Below, in pieces: positions 17,770-24,560 of a stretch of DNA of 24,560 nt. Made by a program: the position numbers and the translations under genes. The stretch's first letter is position 1, and every line of letters starts with the position of its first letter. The notes under the pieces were generated by a model. That model did not search any database. It was not told where the DNA came from and saw nothing but the letters and a program-made list of their open reading frames with translations. The DNA comes from Candidatus Eiseniibacteriota bacterium (GTDB lineage: Bacteria > Eisenbacteria > RBG-16-71-46 > DASYSL01): assembly GCA_031431875.1 (NCBI GenBank), contig JANPEF010000115.1:1-24560 (forward strand), in the 5' to 3' direction.

Positions 17770-17798
17770 ACCCCCGGGGCGACCCGGGGGTTTTTTAT
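17770..17798 (+). terminator. Rho-independent terminator of fliW-csrA
   Basis: CCCCCGGG-GCGA-CCCGGGGG (GNRA loop) followed by TTTTTTAT. Confidence 0.92.
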
Positions 17799-17819
17799 GG
17801 GGAGCCTGCGGGGCGGGAG

Positions 17820-18536
17820 CTAGACGGCCGGTGCGGAGACCGGCACGAGGATGCGCCCGCAGTCGGGGCACTCGACGACGCCCTCGCCGCGGCGCACGGC
17901 AATCGCCTTCTGCGGCGGCAGGTGCGACCCGCAGGCGGCGCAGGCGTCGCCCTCGAGCACCGCGACGGCGACGCCACGCTTGGCGCCGAGCAGCCGGTCG
18001 TAGCGATTGCGCAGGACGGACGGCAGGTCGGCCAGGGCCGCATCGCGGCGGGCCACCAGGGCCGCTTCCTCGCCGCGAACCCCGGCCTCTTCCGTGGCAA
18101 TGGTGGCGCGGTCGGCTTCGGCCGCACGCTCGGTGGCGGCGACGGCGGCCTTCGCGGCAGCGACGGCTGCGGCGACGCGACCCTCTTCGTCCATCGACTC
18201 GAGAACGGTCGTCTCGCGCTCGGAGCGCTTCTTCTTCGCGCCCTCGATCTCGTGCAGGAGGGCCGAATACTCCTCGTTCTTCTTCACCTGCGTGAGTTGG
18301 GTCTGGAACTTCCGTTCCTGATCGCCGAACGTCTCGACGTCCTTCTCGGCGGTCCGGCGCGCCAGGGCGACGGCTTTCGACCGCTCCTCCGCCTGCGCCA
18401 GCGCCTGGCGGGCGGCGGCGACGGCATCGTCCGCGGCCTTGCGCCGCGGCGCCAATCGATCCAGTCGACCGCGCGTCTCGGTGAGGAGGCGGTCGATCTC
18501 CTGCGCGCGCACGAGGCGGTCGAGATCGGGATGCAC
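17820..18536 (-). CDS. Coiled-coil C4-type zinc-ribbon protein (DUF164 / CT398 / HP0958 family)
   Basis: Long coiled coil with VKKNEEYSALLHEI; C-terminal CAAC...CPDCGRIL; usual position between rpoD and rnhA. Confidence 0.9.
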   Translation of the reverse strand: MHPDLDRLVRAQEIDRLLTETRGRLDRLAPRRKAADDAVAAARQALAQAEERSKAVALARRTAEKDVETFGDQERKFQTQLTQVKKNEEYSALLHEIEGAKKKRSERETTVLESMDEEGRVAAAVAAAKAAVAATERAAEADRATIATEEAGVRGEEAALVARRDAALADLPSVLRNRYDRLLGAKRGVAVAVLEGDACAACGSHLPPQKAIAVRRGEGVVECPDCGRILVPVSAPAV

Positions 18537-18555
18537 GAGATCCTTCGGTGAGGGA

Positions 18556-18631
18556 TGGTGGGCGGTACAGGGATCGAACCTGTGACCTTCGGCTTGTGAT
18601 ACCGACGCTCTACCAGCTGAGCTAACCGCCC
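18556..18631 (-). tRNA. tRNA-Val(CAC)
   Basis: GGGCGGT/ACCGCCC acceptor, TCGGT-ATCACAA-GCCGA anticodon arm, GGTTCGATCC T arm, encoded ACCA; 76 nt. Confidence 0.93.
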
Positions 18632-18658
18632 GATTGCGCGGAACCTGCGACTGACGAG

Positions 18659-18732
18659 TGGGCCCACGTGGACTCGAACCACGAACCTACCGATTATGAG
18701 CCGGCTGCTCTGACCGATTGAGCTATGGGCCC
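18659..18732 (-). tRNA. tRNA with CAT anticodon, most likely tRNA-Ile2 (lysidine); CCA not encoded
   Basis: GGGCCCA/TGGGCCC acceptor, GCCGG-CTCATAA-TCGGT arm. Lacks initiator features. Sits downstream of rpoD like E. coli ileX. Confidence 0.9.
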
Positions 18733-18763
18733 ATCCACTGCGGACCGCTCGTCCAGACTTTCG

Positions 18764-18792
18764 TTTCTAGCACGCGCGGCGCATCCGGTCAA
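18764..18792 (-). promoter_or_regulatory. Possible sigma-70 promoter for the tRNA pair
   Basis: TTGACC-17 nt-TAGAAA with extended TGn; the final T of the -10 box is missing. Confidence 0.45.
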
Positions 18793-18836
18793 GCCGGGGA
18801 CGCTATCGCGCGGCCTGTCCCCGGCCTGCGACCGCC

Positions 18837-20624
18837 CTACAGCAGCTCGGTGTACGCCTTGAGCCGGCGCGAGCGCGTCGGGTGCCGCAGCTTGCGCAGC
18901 GCCTTCGCCTCGATCTGCCGGATCCGCTCGCGGGTCACGTTGAAGAACGCCCCGACCTCCTCGAGCGTGCGCGGGTTCGAGTCGTCGGTCAGGCCGAAGC
19001 GCAGCCGGATGACCTTGGCCTCGCGCGGCGTCAGGGTCTTGAGGACCTCGTTCACCTCGTCGCGCAGCATCGCGCTCGCCGCCGCATGCGCCGGCTGGAC
19101 GACACTGGTGTCCTCGATGAAGTCGCCGAGGTTCGAGTCGTCGTCCTCGCCGATGGGACGATCGAGCGAGATCGGCTCCTGCGCAGCCTTGAGGATCGCC
19201 TTGATCTTGTCGACCGGCAGCTCGAGTCGCTCGGCGATCTCCTCGGGGGTCGGCTCGCGTCCCAGCTCCTGCACGAGGCGCCGCGACACACGCACGACCT
19301 TGTTGATGTGCTCGATCATGTGCACAGGCACGCGGATCGTGCGCGCCTGGTCGGCGATGGCGCGGGTGATCGCCTGGCGGATCCACCACGTCGCGTAGGT
19401 CGAGAACTTGTAGCCCTTCGTGTAGTCGAACTTGTCGACCGCACGCATCAGGCCCGAGTTGCCTTCCTGAATCAGGTCGAGAAACTCGAGGCCACGGTTG
19501 GTGTAGCGCTTGGCGATCGAGATCACGAGGCGCACGTTCGCCTCGATCATCTCCTTCTTGGCCTGCGCCGCGTTGCGCTCGCCAGTCTCGATCTGGTTGA
19601 CCAGGTCGAGCAGCGATTCGCGGCTCATCTTGACCTCGTCCTCGATCTTCTTGGTGCGTCGCTTCACCGCCTTGATCTCGGCGAGGAAGGCGTGCACTTC
19701 CTCGGGCTTCATGCCCGATTCCTTGCGCGCGGCGGTGGCGTGTTTGCCGCCCTTCTTGAGCGAGCGGGCGAAGGCGTTCATCTCGTCGACCGTGCGGCCG
19801 ATGCGCTTCTCGAGACGCGACACCTCGGCGTCCTCGACGCGCATGCGCTCGCCCAGCGCCTTGATCGGCACGGTGAGCCGGTCGACCAGCTTGGCGTTGA
19901 GGTGGAGCTTGTGCAGCTCCGCGGTCAGCGCCACCTCGGCCTTGCCCATGTGCGTCTGCCAGCGCTGGCGCAGCGTGGCGCTCATCTTCGAGCGGCCCTT
20001 GATCGCCATGCGGTTGGAGCGCTGCTGCAGGTCGACGACGCGCTGGATGATCTTGAGCGCCTTGACGCGCTCCTTCTTGAGCACGGCCTCGCTGGCCTGG
20101 TTGTCCTCGACCTTGATGAAGTCCTCGACCTTCAGCTTCATCGCCTTGAGGTCGAGCGCCAGCTTGCGAATCTCCTTCAACGTCAGCTCGGCGCGGAACA
20201 GCGCGGCGATCACGAGGCGCTCGCCGTCCTCGATCCGCTTGGCGATGACGACCTCGCCCTCGCGGGTGAGCAGCGGCACCTTGCCCATCTCGCGCAGGTA
20301 CATACGCACGGGATCGTCGTAGCGGACCGGCTGCTGCGCGGCGCTCGCCTTGGCGGCCTCCTTGGCGGTCTGGGCGACGGTCTTCTTCGCCTCGGCGACC
20401 TTCTTCGCCTTGCCCGCCTTCTCGGTGGCCTCGGCGTCGTCGCGATACACCGGCAGGTTGAGGCCGGTGAGCATGACGAAGACGTCCTCCATCACTTCGG
20501 ACGTCGAATCGGTGAAGTCCTCTCCCAGTTCCTTGTCGATCTGCTCCTCGGTGACGAAGCCCTGCTTCTGGGCCAGCGATTTCACCTCGGCGAGGATCGT
20601 CTTCTTGGACTTCGCCTTCTTCAT
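18837..20624 (-). CDS. rpoD: Primary RNA polymerase sigma factor (sigma-70)
   Basis: [81 protein letters not shown] 20624 follows AAAGGAG and overlaps the dnaG stop. Confidence 0.98.
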   Translation of the reverse strand: MKKAKSKKTILAEVKSLAQKQGFVTEEQIDKELGEDFTDSTSEVMEDVFVMLTGLNLPVYRDDAEATEKAGKAKKVAEAKKTVAQTAKEAAKASAAQQPVRYDDPVRMYLREMGKVPLLTREGEVVIAKRIEDGERLVIAALFRAELTLKEIRKLALDLKAMKLKVEDFIKVEDNQASEAVLKKERVKALKIIQRVVDLQQRSNRMAIKGRSKMSATLRQRWQTHMGKAEVALTAELHKLHLNAKLVDRLTVPIKALGERMRVEDAEVSRLEKRIGRTVDEMNAFARSLKKGGKHATAARKESGMKPEEVHAFLAEIKAVKRRTKKIEDEVKMSRESLLDLVNQIETGERNAAQAKKEMIEANVRLVISIAKRYTNRGLEFLDLIQEGNSGLMRAVDKFDYTKGYKFSTYATWWIRQAITRAIADQARTIRVPVHMIEHINKVVRVSRRLVQELGREPTPEEIAERLELPVDKIKAILKAAQEPISLDRPIGEDDDSNLGDFIEDTSVVQPAHAAASAMLRDEVNEVLKTLTPREAKVIRLRFGLTDDSNPRTLEEVGAFFNVTRERIRQIEAKALRKLRHPTRSRRLKAYTELL

Positions 20625-22429
20625 TCCGTCTCCTTTCGCCACGCCTCCGACGACAAGTCGCGCAAGGCCGCAGCCGTGTCCTGCATCCGCCGCTGGAGCG
20701 CGGCGATCGTCCCGGCCGGCGCACCCGCCGCCAGGGCCGTTCCCAACTCTGCCTGGATCCGCGTCCGCTCATCCTCGAGCGCCCGCTTCTTCATCCGCAC
20801 CACGCCCTCGACCAGCGCCCGCTCCGGCCCCTCGATCCGCGGCGCCTCGGCGCAGAGCGCCGACAGCAGCGAGCGCGCCTCGGGGGCGAGATCCGGATCG
20901 CCGAGGCCCGCCTGCGGCGAACGCCGCTCGGGACCCAGCAGCAACTCGGCCACGCCGCGGCCCGCCGTCGAGCGGAACCACACCGGATCCACCGCCGCGG
21001 CCGCCGCCGCGATCAACTCGGGGTGCGCGACAAGCACCGCGAGAAAACTTGATTCCAACGCGCGCGCCGCCCGCTCGTCGTGCGCCGTCCGCGCAATCGC
21101 GGCCGGGGCCGCCACCGCGGTCGCCCCCGCCGCCGGCGGAGTTGCCGCGCGCTGCACGGGCCGCACCGCGGCCTTCCCCGTACGCCGCAACTCCACCTCG
21201 CGCGCCAGTGCGCGCGCATCGAACGCCATCGTCTTCGCCGCCTCCTCGACAAGGAGGCCGCCGACGATCGGATCCTCGGCCAGCGCCGCCAGCGCGGCCG
21301 CCGCCTTGAGCGCCGCCTCGCGATCGCCCGCGTGACGCTCGGCGAGGAACTCGATGGGCGAGCGCGCCGTGGCACGCAGCGCGTCGAACGCGGCGCGACC
21401 GCCCTTCTGCACCAGCGTGTCGGGATCATCCCCCGCGGGGAGGATCACGACACGCGCCCTGAGCCCCGCCTGCACGCACGGGGCGAGCGCCTTCTCGGCG
21501 GCGGCCTGCCCCGCCGCGTCGCCGTCGAAGACCAGTGACACCGCCGGCGTCGAGCGGCGCAGCAGCCGGCACTGGTCGAGCGTCAGCGCCGTGCCCGCCG
21601 TGGCCACGACCTCCTCGATGCCCGCCTGCGCCAGGCCGATCACGTCGAAGTACCCCTCGACGAGCACGGCGTCCTCGCCGTCGCGGATCGCCTTCTTCGC
21701 CAGGTCGAGCCCGAAGAGAAACTTCCCCTTCCGGTACACCGGCGTCTCCGGCGAGTTCAGGTACTTGGGCGTCTCGTCGCCGAGCGCCCGTCCACCGAAT
21801 CCGATGGTCTTTCCCGACGGCAGGCGCAGCGGCACGACGACGCGGCCACGGAAGCGATCGTACACACCCTTGCCGCGCTCGCGCCGCAGCACGAGCCCGG
21901 CCTCGAGCAGCGCCGCCACGCCGAAGCGGGGCACCAGCCGCTGCGCCAGCCCATCCCAGCCCGCCGGCGCGAGGCCCACGCCGAAGCGCGCCAGCACATC
22001 GTCGTCGGCGAAGCCGCGGCCGGCGAGGTAGGCGCGCGCTTCCTTCCCCGCCTCGCGGTCCTCGAGCGTGCGGCGATAGAACGTCGCCGCATCCTCGAGC
22101 GCCTGGTACAGCCGACCTGCCGAGTCCTCCTCGGCGGCCTGCGGAAGCGTGACGCCGAAGCGTTCGGCAAGCGTCTGCACGGCCTCGACGAACGACAGCT
22201 TCTCGGTCTCCATCACCCAGCGGAAGCAATCGCCGCCGGCGCCGCAACCGAAGCAGTGATACGCCTGCCGCTCCGGGTTGACCATGAACGACGGCGTCTT
22301 TTCGCCGTGGAACGGGCAGAGCCCCTTCCAGCGCTGTCCGACCTTGCGCAACGCGACCTGCGGGCCGATCAACTCGAGCAGGTCCGCCGCCTGGCGCACC
22401 TGCTCGATCGTCTCCTCGCCGTAGCGCAC
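20621..22429 (-). CDS. dnaG: DNA primase
   Basis: [16 protein letters not shown] zinc finger, [37 protein letters not shown] motifs. Confidence 0.97.
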   Translation of the reverse strand: MRYGEETIEQVRQAADLLELIGPQVALRKVGQRWKGLCPFHGEKTPSFMVNPERQAYHCFGCGAGGDCFRWVMETEKLSFVEAVQTLAERFGVTLPQAAEEDSAGRLYQALEDAATFYRRTLEDREAGKEARAYLAGRGFADDDVLARFGVGLAPAGWDGLAQRLVPRFGVAALLEAGLVLRRERGKGVYDRFRGRVVVPLRLPSGKTIGFGGRALGDETPKYLNSPETPVYRKGKFLFGLDLAKKAIRDGEDAVLVEGYFDVIGLAQAGIEEVVATAGTALTLDQCRLLRRSTPAVSLVFDGDAAGQAAAEKALAPCVQAGLRARVVILPAGDDPDTLVQKGGRAAFDALRATARSPIEFLAERHAGDREAALKAAAALAALAEDPIVGGLLVEEAAKTMAFDARALAREVELRRTGKAAVRPVQRAATPPAAGATAVAAPAAIARTAHDERAARALESSFLAVLVAHPELIAAAAAAVDPVWFRSTAGRGVAELLLGPERRSPQAGLGDPDLAPEARSLLSALCAEAPRIEGPERALVEGVVRMKKRALEDERTRIQAELGTALAAGAPAGTIAALQRRMQDTAAALRDLSSEAWRKETE

Positions 22430-22437
22430 GTCGCCTC

Positions 22438-24560
22438 CTACCGCAGCCGGACCACCGTCACGCCGCGCCCACCCTCGCCCTGGCCACCCAGCCTGCTGTC
22501 GGCCACGTGGGGATGGCCCCGGAGCGCCCGCGCGATCACCTCGCGCAGGATCCCCCGGCCCACCCCGTGGATGATCCGCAGATCGTGCATGCCCGCCACG
22601 ACCGCGCGATCGAGTCCGTCGTCGACGCGGCGCAGCGCCTCCTCGGCGTCCATGCCGCGAACGTCCACGTCGATCCCCGGTTCAAGTTCGCCGAGCCCGC
22701 CGTGGACCGCGGGTGCCGCGCTCCGCCGTTTCGCACCCGAGACCGCCGCACCCGCCTCGGTGCCCTCGGGGGCGAAACACTGGTCGACGCGGCTCTGGAT
22801 CCGCCACGCTCCCCGCTCGAGCATCACCCGCCCCTCGGCGTCGGGCGCACTCACCACCGTTGCCGTCACGCCCAGGTCGCGCACCCAGACGGTCGCCCCG
22901 GGAGCAAGCACCGCCGGTCGCGTCGTCGGCACGGGCGCGGCCAGGAGCCGGTCGCTCTCGCGGCCCAGCGAACGCGCCTTGGCCTCAATCTCTTGGATGC
23001 GGGCGCGGCTCTTCTCCTCGCTCTTCGCCTCCGACTTCGCCTCGCGCAACAGGGCCTGGACCTGGCCCTCGAGCGCCCGCACCTGCAGCAGGCGCTCGCG
23101 ATCGGCCCGCTTCCGGTCCTCGGCGTGCACCTTCCGCTCGGCGTCGAGAGCGCGGGCCGCCGCATCGGCGCGGCCCTCGGCCTCCTCGGCCTTGTTCCGC
23201 GCGTCCCGCGCCTGCGCCAGCTCGCGCGTCACGTCGCCGAGCAGCGCCTCGAGCGAGCGCGCCGCTTCGGGGAGCTCGCGCCGCGCCTCGGCCAGCACGC
23301 CCGGGTGGAAGCCCAGGCGCTCGGCGACGGCAAGCGCGTGGCTGCCGCCCGGCACGCCGACGATCAGCTCGAAACGCGGGGCGAGCGTCTCGGGATCGAG
23401 CGCCATCGAGGCGTTCGTCACCGCCGGCTCCTCCTGCGCCAGGAGCTTGAGGCTCCCCAGGTGCGTCGTCGCCACCGCCCACGCGCCGACGCGCGCGAAG
23501 TGGCGCAGCAGTGCGCGGCCCAGCGATGCCCCCTCGGCCGGGTCCGTCCCCGAGCCGATCTCGTCGACGAGAAACAGCGCCGCCGGCGAGGCCGCCCGCG
23601 CCATCGCGTCCAGCCGCCCCAGGTGCGCTGCGAACGTCGACAGGTGCAGCTCGATCGACTGTGCATCGCCGATGTCCGCCAGCACGGTGCCGAACAGCGG
23701 CAGCACCGCGCCCTCGTCCACCGGCACGTCCAGTCCGCTCTGCGCCAGCAGCGCCGCGAGCCCCACCGCCTTGAGCACGACCGTCTTGCCGCCCATGTTC
23801 GGCCCGCTGACCAGCAACACACGCCGCGGCGAGTCGAGCACGAGTGTCGAAGGGACCACCATGCGGCGCGCCCTGGCGGGCTCGATGTCCCCCCGCGCGT
23901 CGCGCCACAGCAGCGGATGACGGAGCGCCACCAGCGACAACTGCGCGCCGTCTGCAACCACCGTCGGCGTCGTCGCCGCCATCGCCCGCGACAGGCGCAC
24001 GCGCGCCCACAGCAGGTCGGTCGCGGCCAGTGCCTCTTCGCTCGCCGCCAGCGCGTCGCCGCGCCCACGCACGATCTCGGTCAACTCGCGCAAGACGCGC
24101 GCCACCTCGGCGCGTTCACGCGAGAACAACTCGGCGAGCTCGTTGTTCAGCGAGCAGACCTCGAAGGGCTCGACGAACAACGTCGCGCCGCTGGCCGACA
24201 CATCGTGCACCAGGCCCTTCGATCGCTCGAACCGATCGGCCCGCACCGCGACGACGAAGCGGTCGTTGCGCTGCGTGACGAACGAGCCCGCCTCGGCGGC
24301 GAGGCTGCGATACTTGTCGAGCTTCTCGCGCAACCGCGCCCGCCGCGTGTCCTGTTGGCGACGCAATGCACCCAGGTCGGGGCTCGCGCCGTCGAGCACC
24401 GTGCCGTCGGCATCGATCGAGAGGCGCAGCCGCTTCTCGAGTTCAGGATCGGCCACCAACCCGTCGGCCAGCCGCGCCGCGGTCTTCGCCTCGTCGCGGG
24501 GGGGGCCCCCGGAGGGCGCGGCGGGGCCGGGGGGCGGGGGGCGCCCCCCCCCCCACGCAA
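22438..24560 (-). CDS. mutS2: MutS2-family ATPase with C-terminal Smr domain; 5' end outside the window
   Basis: VHDVSASGATLFVEP, SGPNMGGKT, DIGDAQSIELHLSTF, VDEIGSGTDPAEG, TTH, Smr IIHGVGRGILR..GGRGVTVV. The frame stays open past the ORF-track start at 24459. Confidence 0.95.
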   Translation of the reverse strand, partial: AWGGGRPPPPGPAAPSGGPPRDEAKTAARLADGLVADPELEKRLRLSIDADGTVLDGASPDLGALRRQQDTRRARLREKLDKYRSLAAEAGSFVTQRNDRFVVAVRADRFERSKGLVHDVSASGATLFVEPFEVCSLNNELAELFSRERAEVARVLRELTEIVRGRGDALAASEEALAATDLLWARVRLSRAMAATTPTVVADGAQLSLVALRHPLLWRDARGDIEPARARRMVVPSTLVLDSPRRVLLVSGPNMGGKTVVLKAVGLAALLAQSGLDVPVDEGAVLPLFGTVLADIGDAQSIELHLSTFAAHLGRLDAMARAASPAALFLVDEIGSGTDPAEGASLGRALLRHFARVGAWAVATTHLGSLKLLAQEEPAVTNASMALDPETLAPRFELIVGVPGGSHALAVAERLGFHPGVLAEARRELPEAARSLEALLGDVTRELAQARDARNKAEEAEGRADAAARALDAERKVHAEDRKRADRERLLQVRALEGQVQALLREAKSEAKSEEKSRARIQEIEAKARSLGRESDRLLAAPVPTTRPAVLAPGATVWVRDLGVTATVVSAPDAEGRVMLERGAWRIQSRVDQCFAPEGTEAGAAVSGAKRRSAAPAVHGGLGELEPGIDVDVRGMDAEEALRRVDDGLDRAVVAGMHDLRIIHGVGRGILREVIARALRGHPHVADSRLGGQGEGGRGVTVVRLR

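Noticed and set aside
17646..17770. Known ncRNA (SRP, 6S, c-di-GMP riboswitch) downstream of csrA
   Set aside because: I could not see the diagnostic motifs of any of these; left as an unassigned structured region.
64..23920. Many long plus-strand and alternative-frame ORFs (e.g. 64-1341, 3130-5160, 13352-15682, 18882-21335, 22256-23920)
   Set aside because: Shadow ORFs of well-identified genes in very GC-rich DNA; Arg/Pro/Ala-rich or antisense-pattern translations with no recognisable motifs.
24496..24560. G/C homopolymer-rich stretch, possible G-quadruplex or contingency tract in mutS2
   Set aside because: It lies at the extreme window end and translates to an implausible Gly/Pro run inside a conserved protein; most likely low-quality contig-end sequence. 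Read mapping would settle it.
1..24560. CRISPR array, transposase, integrase, prophage or defence genes
   Set aside because: No regularly spaced repeats and no such protein motifs seen; no duplicated 3' ends of the two intact tRNAs were noticed.

Overview
High-GC bacterial chromosomal window, mostly housekeeping genes on the minus strand. In transcription order: mutS2 (5' end outside the window)-dnaG-rpoD-tRNA-Ile2(CAT)-tRNA-Val(CAC)-C4 zinc-ribbon protein; rnhA-rnpB (RNase P RNA)-rel-dtd-maf; and rplM-rpsI-rpsB-tsf-pyrH-frr-uppS-cdsA-dxr followed by three envelope glycosyltransferases (GT9, GT2, GT4). Two plus-strand units interrupt this backbone. One is a membrane Ser/Thr kinase-TPR gene between maf and rplM. 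The other, the best candidate for something new, is a stand-alone fliW-csrA cassette with no flagellar genes nearby. It has a consensus sigma-54 promoter, CsrA-type ANGGAN hairpins in its own leader, a structured GGA-containing 3' region and a clean terminator. Just upstream of it lies a degenerate tRNA-Sec-like 3' half that begins at the anticodon loop, a possible integration scar. All calls come from reading motifs by eye; no database searches or folding programs were run.
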